Of a stretch of 64,000 nt of DNA, positions 36,201-49,404 are shown in pieces (the stretch's first letter is position 1; every line of letters starts with the position of its first letter). Source of the DNA: Marsupella aquatica (lineage: Eukaryota > Plantae > Marchantiophyta). A model generated the notes under the pieces. It was not told the origin of the DNA. It did no database searches and was given only the letters and a program-made list of their open reading frames with translations. The DNA lies in the NCBI GenBank assembly GCA_973895155.1, contig OZ316894.1, positions 19,258,805-19,322,804 of the forward strand. Direction: 5' to 3'. A program made the translations under genes and the position numbers.

Positions 36201-39200
36201 CAAGATGGCGATTTCTGCTCAAGCTGGTTCTTCAATGGAGATCTCAGAGATTATGAAGTTGGCGTGGCTGCTAGGATTAAGCTCCCCAGATGACATCTCA
36301 GCTATTGAAGCTGCCATAGCCCGGGAGTCTGCTAATGCAGGGGAGTTTGGTCTGGCTTTAGAGATGTGCCTAGAATTGGTTAGAAAAGGTCACGGGCCTA
36401 TTTGGGATCTTTGTGCTGCTATGGGAAGGGGTCCCGATTTTGAGGAGATAAATTTGGATACGCGCAAAGAGCTTCTTGGATTTGCACTGGGGCGCTGTGA
36501 TGAAGATTCAGTGGGAGAGTTGCTTAGTGCTTGGAAAGAGTTCGATTTCTTGACTTCATGCGACACCCTTGGGAGAAAAGTTGGAAAATCTGTTGACCCT
36601 GTTCATGAAAACGAGTCCGCGTCCCTTTTGGAAAGGTTGGATTCACGGTATGATGCTGTGTCTTCTAATGAGGAAGGAGGTAACGGTGCCATCCCAAGTT
36701 CCATTGGAGACAATCAAGCGAATAAGCCGAGCTCGGGGTTATTTCTTCAAGACTACAAGACAGCTGAAGGCCCGATTGCCTTGTTTCCATCCTGGCTTCT
36801 GGATATCAGTTCCGGCAAGATTCAAGGTAAAATGGAATCGGTCAATAACAGATATGTAGATGGGCCAGAAGGAGGACAGTGGACACGTAATCTCCCAATA
36901 GAATGCAGAAGTCAAAGTGCACAAGCTGTAGCTTTGATTCTTCAGGCCTTAGTATCTCATGACATTATTGCAGATGACAAACTCGTTGTGAGGCTTGCAC
37001 AAGAATCAATGAGCAGACCAGTCAGCAAGGAAGGAGATACAGTTGGATGTGGTTATCTTCTAAATCTTAGCAATGTCCATCTTGGAGCTGAGCTATTAGA
37101 ATTGGAGCTGGAAAAGAGAGAGAATTATGAAGACGCTTATCAGGCAGTGGAGTGGGCATTGTCTTTCAGCTCAGTCCAGGAATCCTTATTGTATACGCGG
37201 AGCCCTAAAGAAAGGCGAGAAAAGTTGATTCAAACATTGAAAGGGCGTAGTTCTGGTAACCTAGGTAAGAAACTAACTTTTACATACTCTTGTCTAACAC
37301 ACTGATGTCGCAAATTTGTCCATTTTTGGTCGGTAGCAATCCCGTGGCACTCATCAACAGGAATTTTGCTGAAAGAGTCTCAGGTCTGATTAGATTATCG
37401 AAGCTCGACGTTGTTGTGTTGGCACAACGGAAATGTCCATAATATAGTGTAATGCTGGATTAGTGGAGCCTGTCCTTCTAATATGCATTGTGTTTGTTCT
37501 ACTGGATAACCATCTCAGGAGGGCGTTGATAGGGTTGTTGTATTATTGTCATTCTGAGGTGTTCTCGTAGCGCGTTTCAGGAGTGAGCTCTCAACATAAT
37601 TCAGCTCCCAACTTTTGGAGGGAGTTCAGCACAAGGGCAGGAGAAATTCTACGAGCGTCAGAGGAGTCGAGGAGACTTCAGAAAATATTACCTGGTGTTG
37701 ATGTTGGGCGCTTTTTATCAAGGGATGAAGGCTACATACGAGAAAGAATACTTTTACACGTTGACTCAATGAATATGCGACAGGAGCGAAGGTTGCCCGA
37801 CGTGCTTACACTTGCTGACCAGTACAACATTGAACAGTGGCAGGTAGAATGTCTGCACTTTATTACCACTTTTCTCTGAGGTTATAAGTTGTGCTCATAG
37901 TCTGGGATTAAGCAGTTTGAAAGGTTTTATGGTCGGCAAATAATCTGCCAGCTCCTTTTACAGCAGCTCAGTGACGGAACATCACTTACTTCTCCAATGA
38001 GCCTACTTAAGCCATATGGAATTGATTGGTTGTGCAGATATTTGAAAGGTACTTTTTGGCGCTTTTGAGAGCTGACTGGACTTCTGAGGACGAGATCTTC
38101 TCTGAAATATCTGGGTATTGGTCAAGGTTGCTAACAGACCCAGAAAGGCTTCAGGATACAATAGAGGTTTATGAGCAAGTTGTACGCGCAGCTCTCGAAG
38201 GTATACAAAATGAGGGACCTGATCCAGTTTCTGAAAAGGGAGCCTTATCAGTGTCTAAGCGAACACTGATTCGTGCTCTAGTCTCTCTCAGCAGTGATGC
38301 TGCGTCTGTGAAAGGAGACTCTTTTCTTTCAGGTGTCCCAGAGCTCAGTCCAAGTGATTTGCTGTACAAAGTAAGGTGTTCCGTTTGGCGTCAGTTATGC
38401 CAATTTGTGGAGGACGTGCAGGTTCCCCTTCAGAGTAGAATTTTCATATTGGAACTTCTCGAGTCTATTAGGAATGGTGAAGTGCTGAGACGGGACTTCT
38501 GGCGCCCCCTTCTGCCTGGGGATGAGGGCGTCCGAGTGTCTTGGGGAAAATGGGAAGCAGGAGGTGGGAGTTTATCCTCAATTATTCGGAGGGACGACAT
38601 CGGACAGGAGAGGGTCAATGCTGGAAGCTCTGTCAATGTCCTCCTAGCTTTGAAATCCACACATATCATATCTGTTTATTGGCCTGGTTGGGAAGTCACA
38701 TCCAATGACCTTTGTGACCCTGCAACTGCCTCCTCTTTCTTTGATCGTCTTCTTGATGGTACATCATCTCTCGGCCATGCAAAGATACTGAAGGAGCTTT
38801 TGGAAGAATGGGAAACAGTCTTTGGTTTTGGTCATTGGAAAGGTGAAGAAAGCGAGGATGTAACACTGGAGGAGGATGACAAGGAAGATTCGAGGGAAGG
38901 TTGGAAAGAATTGAGTAACAACAATTGGGCAGTGCATACATTGCACTCTTGCTGGAAAGCTATTCTACAGAAACTCACTGAGTTCGGTGGTGTGAGAGAG
39001 GCGTTGAGTGTGCTAGATGCAGCCTTGTTGCATCCCACAAGTGTCCTAGTCACTGAAGGCGAGACCAAGGAACTTGTTGCTGCTGTCGGGCAGTTCAATC
39101 CCAGTGCAGCCCTTCAACTTTCTTTGCTTCTTCCTTATAATTCTCCCCAAGTTCATGGGTTGAAGATGTTGGAGGAGAAGCTGAAGATCGGTGGTGATAG

Positions 39201-39804
39201 ATCCTATGTTCAGGAGGTGCAATGTACCATAACCGACGGTGGAGAAGGAGGCAATCGGCGTCCCATTCTTCAACGTAGTGAGCTTGTAAATCAAGACCTC
39301 ATGGCTCTGATATTATCATCAAGGCTCCTATCATCCATAGCTCATGATCCCTCTTTGAACACTATCTTCTCAGCGTTGTGTGAGCTCCTCGGACAACTTG
39401 CTTTGCAAGCACAGGAACTACAGCTGTCAATGAGACCCTCACTCAATGAATGCATCGTATCTGTTGATAACGTGCCTTTCTCTACTGCTGCTTTACCTTT
39501 CTTCGTAGCAGAGCTGACCACATGTAAGAAGTATGGGCAGGCTGGAGCTCTGGTGCTGCAAGTAATGCGAGTACATCCAGCCCTAGCAACTTGGAATGCT
39601 GCCTATATAGCTCTGCAACGGTATCTAAGCTCCCAGGCAGATGGTGCATCCTTAGAATCTCTCTCGAGAAGAGGGAAGCACTTTCTTAGCAACCAAAAGA
39701 TTTCGAAATTAGGCCACTTGAAACATACAGTTCAGAGTCTAACCTTTCGTCTGGAAGAAGTGCTGAAATCTGCACTGAAGACTCTCGCTCACGATATGAA
39801 GTAA
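33269..39804 (+). CDS. MIP2: MAG2-interacting protein 2 / NBAS / Sec39-family ER tethering subunit (apparently shortened)
   Basis: Exons at about 33269-33690 (FGLDTDDVYKPQW, RLRLLQYKDRLDTFL), 33931-35189 (LFKRHTYSLAPYILQLLDAIPE, WYKARAREIDRSCGLLENSL, AEGHVEAGELL), 35418-35776 (LKAGKLSLAKNYLKGTG, AAREYFYSA), 36043-37264, 37581-37843 (LPGVDVGRFLSRD) and 38038-39804 (VHTLHSCW). All are GT-AG bounded with open frames. Confidence 0.85.
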
Positions 39805-42027
39805 ATGGTGACGGTCTTCAACGGCATGAAGAATGTTTCTGTATGCCCAATTCATTTTTGTGCATCACTTGTCGGACGGGGATGTTGGAATTCGTTCATG
39901 TGCATGCTAATAACCCGGAAAAGGTGTGAAATGTTGATTAAGAGCACTTCCTCACAAGAAATTTGTATTGCTCCTCCTTCCCCTCTTCCCATTGTTTCTT
40001 GTAGTTCTATTTGCCAACTGTCCACAACTGAGCAAGAGGGACAATCAGTACAAATATCTTACTAATAAATGGGGAACAGAACCTTGAGGTGGGGTCTAGG
40101 CTTCTAGAGTGAGCCTCTAGACCATAACCTCTAGGGTCCCACCAAAGTCATGTCCATCGAAATGAAATATTATGTATGTCCAAAAAGGCAAGCATGCATG
40201 ATGATTTTTTTGTCAATCTATTCATATTCAAAGAATGGGCATTCAGGTTTTGTCAATCTATTCATATTCAAAGAATGGGCATTCAGGTGTGTACGGCAAA
40301 GATGGAAAGTCGCAAGAAAAACTTGAGTGACAGGCCTTGAGACACTCTAGCAGTCCAAAACCATCCATTGAGAAGTTCTTTCCAGCCTCATATACTCGTG
40401 TCTTTTCCAGGCTTCCCCTAGCTGATTTTCTTTCTTCCATATGATGCAATTGAACCTGGACTTAAGTTTTAGTTTTTTCTAGGCTTCCTCTTAACTCAGC
40501 TAGTTTCTTACTTCCATGTGATGCAATTAGCATCTGGAATAGATTTTGTGTCGTTTCTAGCCTTCCCAGCAACTCAGCTCATTCTAGTTATCCTCTACTT
40601 TTACTAAAACTAGTAAAATTAATAATCTCTTAGGCCTCGAAGTGTAAAAAGGTCCTGTGACCAGAGTATTAGGACAGACCATGACATGTAATCAGGGCTT
40701 TACTATATACTTAATGCCCTTTGTGATTGTTTTCTTTGTAACTTTAAGTTCATTTATGGAGAAGAACCCAAAGTCAAGATTTGGATTGACTGAATTCACC
40801 TCCACTAACTAAGATTAGAAAAAGAAAAAGAAAAATCTCTGAGGCATTAAGGTCCTGTTATGAGAGCATTATGGGCAACAATAGCCCCTCAAACTCTAGC
40901 CAAATCTCTCATTTTGGGGGGCCTCATGGCACGCTATGCCCAGTAAACAGAATTTAACCATATCTAAACACAGAACACATCCTGCTTGCTCATTGCCCCT
41001 CTGAAACTCCCGTCTCTCCCCAAACTTCCAAACTGCCAAAGATAAATTGTGTCTCCAAGGACCCCACCATCCGGCTAGCCATGCCCAGCACATACCCACC
41101 TCCATTACACTTTTTTCCAATATTGTGCCACTTTGGACCACAATTTCAGGAAAAAGCTACTATCAATATATGGTAGCCTGTATCTTTTAAAGAGCACGTG
41201 TGGTTTAATTATTAACAATTTGCACAAGGAGCTGGTGTGGAGTAAGGTAGTTAGATGAGCTCAGGAGGGGTGGTGACCTCAAGTAACCCTTGCTCGGAAG
41301 AGGCAGCATGTGAACCACATGCCCCATGGACTCACACCCTATACACCTTCACTCGTTGATATTCTTTCTGTAAGTTTCAAAAAATGTTTTAACAAGATAC
41401 TTCTATATTCAATATCTCTGTTAATGTCCAACGTGACAGGGTGTCTTTGGCTTGGATACATCTAATCAATGTATCTAATATTGCTAGTTTTTATGAAGAA
41501 TAGAGGGGCAAGTTACATGAATGAGTGTACAAAGGAGAGGACACTTGGGTTTTCCCGGACCTAATCCAGAGGCCAATTGAGAATGTCTCCTGACCAAAGA
41601 AGATTGAGAGGACACTTCAAAACACCACCTCTACAGGTGGTTTCAGCTTTGGCCAAAATTATATTGTACAAATCAGCATTTTGGGGAGATCCAATTCCAT
41701 GTAGTCCAGTGCAAGTGTCCTCTAAACTTCATTTAAAGCCAAGGTGGACTGTTTACTGGATATGAATGGTTGTGATGACATCTGAAAGAAGTAGTCCTCT
41801 CAATTGTTGTCCGCTCATTCCTGTAAAGGCCCCTCTGAGATAACTATGAATGAGATAGTGTGTCAGTCACTGTCCACACTTCATGACTAATAAATGTTTT
41901 GAGCCACTAATTTACATATAGTCTGACTTACATTCAATGAAACTGCTATATGGTGAATCCATCTTCCAATATTTTGTCTTATTCAAACTTCTTTTCTTGT
42001 GTATTTTAGTTCAATGTGTCTTACCAA

Positions 42028-42371
42028 TGTTGAGCATAGACGACATTCGCAACTGCAAGCCCATGAACCATCCAACGCACAATAGTCGACACCGAGAGAT
42101 ACGTGGTTCACCTCCACATGAGGCTACGTCCACGGGAACACACAAGAGCTTTACTGCACTCTAGGCCGACCGGCCATACCAAGCATCCACAACACAAGCT
42201 CTCCCTATCTCTCAACTAGCTCCGTAACAATGAGCCTAAGTTCCACCAGGGTCTGGCATCAGCCTTGGCTATATGCACAACAACACTACCGCTAACATTA
42301 GCTAAGTCCTAACCCAAGTTAGACTAACTGTGGTTAGCTCATGAGTCACAAGACTAGAGTAATATCTAACA
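42028..42371 (-). repeat. Copia 3' LTR
   Basis: Direct repeat of 51348-51691. I count 11 substitutions in 344 bp. Confidence 0.95.
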
Positions 42372-42387
42372 AACTCCCCCTTGACTC
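42372..42387 (-). promoter_or_regulatory. Polypurine tract of the copia element
   Basis: Minus strand GAGTCAAGGGGGAGTT abuts the 3' LTR. Confidence 0.8.
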
Positions 42388-42671
42388 TTGTCTTGGGGAC
42401 TGGACTAAATGTTACCATATGGAATCCTTAACGGGAAGTTCTAGACAATCACCAAACCAGGTCTCCCCCTAAAAACCACAAGGGTTAACTAGAACTAAGT
42501 CGTAGCCAAACATGAATGAGTAATCCATATACAAATAGTCACACATTGCTAAATAACTCTACTTGCACTACAACTGCAAAACCTGCAAAGTAGCACGGTG
42601 TCTTGAGAAACTCTCCAAAGAAATCACTTTGGTAAAGGCATCAGCGGGATTGAGCTTTCCATCAATCTTGA

Positions 42672-44389
42672 CTAGCTCAAAAGTTTTATCAGACACTGCT
42701 TGACTGATAAATGGTACCTGATATCAATGTGCTTCACCTTGCTATCCATCACCTGGTTAGCAGCCAAGTGAAGAGCACTCTTACTATCATAGTTTAGAGT
42801 CATTTTGCCATGCTCTAAACTCATCTCTGCGATCAACTTGTCCAACCAAATTGCTTCCTTTGCTGCTTCTGCTGCTGCAACATACTCTGCTTCTGTAGTA
42901 GACTGAGATATACACTTATGCAAGGTAGATTTCCAACTGATACATCCTCCTCCAAGAGTAAATACAAACCCAGTTGTAGACCTTCTTGTATCCAGACAAC
43001 CTCCACAGTCAGAATCTACATAGCCAACCAACGTTCTATTTGATCTGACATCAAATAGTAATCCATAGTCCTGTGTTCCCTTCACATACCTGAGAATCCA
43101 TTTCACAGCTTCCTAATGTACCTTCCCTGGATTTGACATGTTTGAATCTGCTGACCTTGCCCATTGCTAGGGCTAAGTCAGGCCTAGTTCAAGTCATCAA
43201 ATACATCAGACTGCCTACTGCCTTCTCATAAGGAATCTTAGCCATCAGACCTTTCTCCATAGCATCCGTAGGAGAGAAAGCCGATGATAACTTGAAATGT
43301 GAAGCTAAAGGAATACTCATTGGCTTACAATTTTCCATGTTGAATCGTGCAAGTATTTTCCTCGCATACTGGCCTTGACTCAAGCACAACTATCCAGTAT
43401 CAGAGTTCCTAAAAATCTCCATTCCTAAGATCCTCTTGGCCTTACCAAGATCCTTCATCCTGAATTCAACACTCAATTTCGCCTTGAGACTGTCAACCTC
43501 AGATTGATCTTTAGCCACAATCAGCATGTCATCCACATAGATCACCAGAATGATGAAACCAAACACATCATTCTTGACTGATTTCATATACACACAAGGA
43601 TCATACACCATCATTGTAAAACCTTGAACAAACATGAAATCATCAAACCGCTTGTTCCACTGTCTGGGAGACTGCTTCAATCCATACAAGGATTTGAGCA
43701 ATCTGCAAACTAAGTTCTCTTGGCCCTTCTTCATAAAGCCTAGTGGCTGTCTCATGAAGATCAACTCTTCCAAGTTGCCATAGAGAAAAACAGTAACAAC
43801 ATCCATCTGATCCATCACCAGACCAAAAAACACAACAAACTGACACAAGATCCGAATTGTGGAATACTTAGCCACCGGTGAAAAGACCTCATTGTAGTCC
43901 ACTCCTTTCTCCTGAGTGAACCCCTTGGCAACAAGCCTTTCCTTGTAGATTTTATCTCCACCCTCTGAAGGACTATCCTTCAACTTGTAAATCCACTTGT
44001 TGTCTACCACTTGCTGACCTCTTGGAAGCTCCACCAGCTCCCATGTCTTGTTGTCACTCAAAGATTGCAATTCCCTCTGCATTGTTGCATTCCACTCATG
44101 CTTCTGCTCTGAAGCACAAGCCTCACTATACAAAGAAGGCTCTCCTTCTTCCAAGATCAAAGCCATGTCATCATCATTAGGTGCAATGTCAATATTATCT
44201 AGCTTAGATGAGTCTGCCCATTGACCATACTTGGTAGGAGCTCTAGTAGAACGACTGGAAGTTCTTCTAGTAGATGACTCAGGCTGATCTGCTGCTGGCT
44301 GAATTTGAGGTACCCCAACAATAATCTGCTCCTCTTGTTCCATCACAAGAACCACTTCCAAGCCCGGAGCTTCTCCATCTCTCCTGTCA
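42672..44389 (-). pseudogene. Copia pol: reverse transcriptase and RNase H (disrupted)
   Basis: RLVAKGFTQEKGVDYNEVFSPV, QMDVVTVFLYG, LLKSLYGLKQSPRQW, YVDDM, GYVDSD...RRSTTGF, STTEAEY and KHIDIRYH, split over three ORFs. Confidence 0.95.
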
Positions 44390-44394
44390 TGAAG

Positions 44395-47146
44395 TGGTGG
44401 CCCTCCCACCACGTGCCCGTCCAAACTCGTTTCTCAGCTTTGAAACAAGTCGAACCTTGCACTAACACGGAATGTTGGGGCAAGTTCTCTCCGACTATGC
44501 TCCTTGTCGTCAGCAACCTCTCCCATACGAAGCCGCATTTTCCCTCGTCGACAACACAACCGTCGCTCAACGGTCTTTGCTATCTACACAAGCAACCGAC
44601 CAACCGGTAAGAACCCGTCTTGATCTCGGAACTCCCAAGACCATTATCTTACATCAAGCTCAACAGTCGTTAGTAAGTAGGTCAGCGGATAGAGCCTCCC
44701 AGACCCGCATGGCCTTGCCATAAGCTGAAACTAAGGTCGACATCACTGTTCGTCCAGAACAGTCTATCTACCGGATGTCGCCCAAGCTTCTCCACTTTCT
44801 ACCCGTCAATGGCTGACTGCCCTGCCTCCAGGACATGCCCATGGCCCAAACTTAGTTTGTCACAAACTAGTAGTAACAAGCCAGGACCATTCGATTTCTA
44901 GATTTTAGCCACCTCTCGGCGAAACCGGTGTCGTGATTTTCTCTTAAGTTATAAAAAATTGTTTGTTTTAATATGCTATAGATTATATAAGTAATTTAGT
45001 AGTTAGATTATTAAATTTAGACTTTATTAAACTTCTTTAGCTATATTAACGGATTATAGTAGTTCCACCAATGCATATGAGTAGTTCCACCAACTACAAT
45101 AATATTCGTCAACTACAGTAGTCCACCAACGCATAGTAGTTTCACCAACGCACAGTAGTTCCACCAATGCACAGTAGTTCCACCAACGCATGGTAGTTCC
45201 ACCTACTAAAAGTAGTTTCACCAACTATGAACAGTACTAGCACACTCTTAGGTATTAGATGTTTGACATTTGGCCTTCATCCAAGTGCTTGGGCTTGATC
45301 CATGCCCTCTTGGTGTGCACTATAAATAAAGTGGTGAGGGGCACTCTCCCCTCATTCCGTAGTGTTTATCATTCAAGGTTGTGAAGCTCTTTTGTGCCTT
45401 GAACATAGTAGTGGGGAGTCCTTTGGCCCGGATAGCAAAGAATGAGTGGTAGACTTATAGATGGGACCTTAGGGAATAAGGTTTCTTTGGAAATGTAGGG
45501 GTGGGGCATCCTTTGGCCCGGATAGCAAAGGAACAGGAGAGCCATCATGAATCCAGGAGAGAGAGTTATCCCTGATCTTCCCCTTCGTAATCCGTTTTTG
45601 ATTAGAGTCCATCTTTTAGACAAACCATCTATGAGGCAACATCTAACCTATCATTTTGGAGCTCAGTTTGCAACTGCTGTTATGGTTTCTAACGAGCCAA
45701 TAATATACCCAGTGGTGTCGTACCGAGAGGAGTGGGAGTGCATCATCTTTGTCCTTTATTGAAGTCATGGATCTGAATAGGAGTCCAGATGATATTCTTG
45801 TTTCATTTTCTCTTGGAGATATTAGGATCATATGTCGTAAGAAAACTAATTTTTGTGATGTGTTGGTCCGCAAGTATGATGAAGTAGGGTTTAACAGTAT
45901 TTTAGTTTCACCTGAACCTTTCTTAATACCCACTACCCTTGTTACTAGAATTATCATTTTGATTTTAGTGTAGAACTTATGAGCATGCAAGGTTAACTTC
46001 ATAAGAGCCAACATGCTCTTGCCAGAAAACACGGTCATCCGGACACCGGGTTCTGCTCAACCTCTCACCATGCATCGGGACCAGATCTCAATGGCAGCCC
46101 CCAGAGTCTACTTGGTTCTACCTCTCCAACATCAGGTCCCCGTGGGAACCAAATGCGGTTTGGTCACTATTCGACTTTGGATCGGCAAGAGGGACTTTCC
46201 CCATTGCAAGCCTCAAAACCAAAACCATCCAATGCATAATCCGAGGGCACCATGAGGTAGCTTTCTTCATTAGATTTCCAACGAGCCCAAGAACTCCCCC
46301 AACGGAGATCCGGTTGTCGAGTTATGCTTGTTTCCGCTTCAAAACTCGAAACGACGTATCTTCATCGATCGCGATCAGCTCGAGCTCAAACTTGAGAGGA
46401 CCACTCCCCTCATATATGCTTCTGGGGACCTGTCAACTTCGGACCAGCTTTGGTCCCCTATCTTTGGCCCCCTACCCGAGGGTCCGTGGGCCCCGCCACT
46501 TAGCTCAAGACGAAGATAATTGAAAACCTTCCGTAACTTGGCCTCGAGCATAAATTGTGGCATAGGGGGCTAAAAGTTACGGCCCTAACCTCGCTCTGGT
46601 CCAGGCAACCCCCTGGTCCAGACAACCCCCTCTTGGTCCATCGATGCGCGACGACTCTAATTGAGTCTAAATCGGCCATAATTTTTGGCCCTTAGGTCCG
46701 TTGGCCAAAAAATATGCAGCCCCATGATCGGGCTCATGTGGGGCTTCTTGGGCCTCTATGGTGATCCGTCGGAAAAATATTTCATTTTTCCGTGATCGGC
46801 AACGGGCCCCAACTACAAGGATGCGGCTTGAGTCGGCCATAACTTTTGACCCCTGGGTCCGTTGGCCAAGAAATATGCGGCCCCATGATCGGGCTCATGT
46901 GGGGCTTCTTGGGCCCCTATGGTGATCTTTTGGAAAAATAGTTCATTTTTCCTTGATCGGCAATGGGCCCAATAGAGTTAAATTTGAGCGCGCTTTTCTC
47001 TAGTCTTGTCCTTGCTCTTACTAGCCTCCTCTTTGTTGGTTGCATCCCTAATGGCCATGATGGTAGCAAATCTAAGAGGGGCTCAACGCTGGAGTTAGGC
47101 AACGCCGGAGCAATTACGAGTAGGTGAAAGTTGTATTCGCGACTCA
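44395..47146. mobile_element. ~2.75-kb non-coding insertion nested in copia pol (probably a large solo LTR)
   Basis: Removing it restores the reading ...ISHDAVHDRRDGEAP.... It has TG...CA ends with near-TSD TGAAG/TGAAC, a TATA 'ctataaata' at about 45320, and internal tandem repeats (45060-45230, 46660-46970). Confidence 0.7.
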
Positions 47147-49404
47147 TGAACAGCATCATGACTAATCTCCCCCCTCAATCCGGTCCGGGATGGGAGATTT
47201 CCCCTTGTCAGTATGGGAGTCCTGAGAAATCTCCCCCTCCTTTGATGATCTGGACTCATTAAAGGACACATCTCTACTGACAATTAGCTTACAAGTTACT
47301 GGATCCCATAACCTATAACCCTTCACACCTTTCTGATAGCCAAGGAAAATGCAATTCTTTGACTTGGACTCCAACTTGGATCAAAGTTGGGAAGGTGTAA
47401 GCACATAAGTATCACATCCAAAAATCTTCAGATGTGAGTAATCTGCTGGACGCACGTACCTCATTTCAAATGGCGTCTTGAATCCAATAGAACTGGATGG
47501 AGAAAAATTTACCAAATAAGTTGCAGAGTTGACAGCTTCAGCCCAAAACTCATGTGGTAAGCATGATTGACTCAACATACTCCTTGAGCGGTCCAATAGT
47601 GTTTGGTTGAGTCTCTCAGAAACATCATTCTGCTGAGGAGTATAACTTGTTGTGAGATGGCGGGTAATCCCCTACTCTTTACAATACGTTCTGAATTCCC
47701 CGGAACTGTATTCACCGCCGTTATCCGATCAAAGATATCTCACCTTATTACCAATTTGATTCTCTACTTGGGCTTTCCACTCCTTAAAAGTGGCAAAAAC
47801 ATCAGACTTATTGTGTAGAAAGTATATCCACACATACCTTGAGTAATCGTCTATGAACGTGACATAGTATAACCGTCCAGAATGTGAGGGAGTAGGGGTT
47901 GGACCCCACACACCACTATGTACATACTCAAGTACCTCCTTGCTGGTGTGAGTTCCAACTCCGAAGGGTTTCCTGTGCTGCTTCCCTAGCACACAGTGCT
48001 CACAAAACTCTAACTTACAAGATTGCAAATTAGAAAGTAATCCTTTTTTTCTGAAGAATAACCAAACCTTTTTCACTCATGTGGCCCAAACGGAAGTGCC
48101 ACAGCCAGACCGTCTCCTCATGAGACAAGGTTACATTGGCTTCATCACAGACTACACTGCCCTCCAAAACGTATAGATTGTTATGTCTCTTTCCTTTCAA
48201 TATAACTTTAGTACCAGTTGAAACTTGAAGGACACCATTAGCAGAACTCCACTGATGGCCATTTGCTTCTAAAACTCCATATTAAATGAGATTTTTCATC
48301 ATGATGGGAATATATCTCACATTCATCAACGTTCTTACAGCACCATTAAACATCTAAAATCTAACAGATCCAAGTCCAACCACTTGACATGGGATTCTAT
48401 TTCCCATCAATACTGAATCATTGGAATCCGTGTAAGAACTAAAAAAATTCTCTCCTAGAGAAAATGTGAAAAGTACATGCACTATCTAAAATCCAGTCAT
48501 CACTACCTGGATTTGACACTACGTTGAGAGCATAACCTTGGCATCACAATATATCATCATCATCGAGTAAATCTACCTCATGCGAGCTCGATGTCGCGTT
48601 AGTAGATGTAGTAGGGACCTTTACTTGACAATCCCTTTTCATGTAGCTAGGCTTGCCACAATTCCAACATGCAAGAGGCTTTCTCTGTTGCAATTTCCCT
48701 CTGGATTTAGATCTCCCCCGTGATGCAGATCTAAACCTGTTCTGCCCATTCGTGCGCTGCGCTGCGCTGCACTTCCCCGATTCACGGTCAGCGCAGTGCA
48801 ATCTGGAAGAAGATGCTGTTTGTGATTGACCCAGTTTCTTCTGAGCATCATCAGACAGTAAAGAGCTCACCACCTCATTATACAAAATGGACTTCAGATC
48901 TCTGGACAAGAGCACCTATTTCAAGCCCTAATAAGACGACGGTAAGGAGCTTAGCAGAAGCAAGGCCTTATCCTCATCTTTAACTCCTTTCCCAGGTTTG
49001 ACAGATCCACCCTAGACTGTCAAACTCATCCAGGTGATCCTGCATCTTGCTCCCTTCCTTGAGCCTGAGACTCATCAAGAGAGACTTCTTGTACAGCCGG
49101 TCTGACGCATCTTCCCGGTAGTACTTCTCTCTAAGAGCCTTGAACAGTGACGCGCAATCCGCATAATCATCTAGCTGCTTGATGATGTGCGGCTTTAGAT
49201 AAAGCATCACTGCATTAACAGCAATCACTTGCTCCTATCTCCACTGCTTCACAAAATCTCCTCCTCTCCATCATACTGCTCTCGCAAAGAAAGCAAAAAG
49301 CCCATGGCCCGAAGGACACCCTTCACTTGCTTCTCCCATAGCAAGTAATGAGTACGACCATCGTACTTCTCCACCTCAAACTTCACTCCTCCAAATCTAG
49401 CCAT
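47147..49404 (-). pseudogene. Copia gag / protease / integrase (disrupted)
   Basis: MARFGGVKFEVEKYDG start, zinc knuckle CWNCGKPSYMKRDC, WILDS protease motif at about 48500, CEHCVLGKQHRKPF, YYVTFIDDYSR, FWAEAVNSATYL and CIFLGYQKGVKGYRLWDP. Confidence 0.93.
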
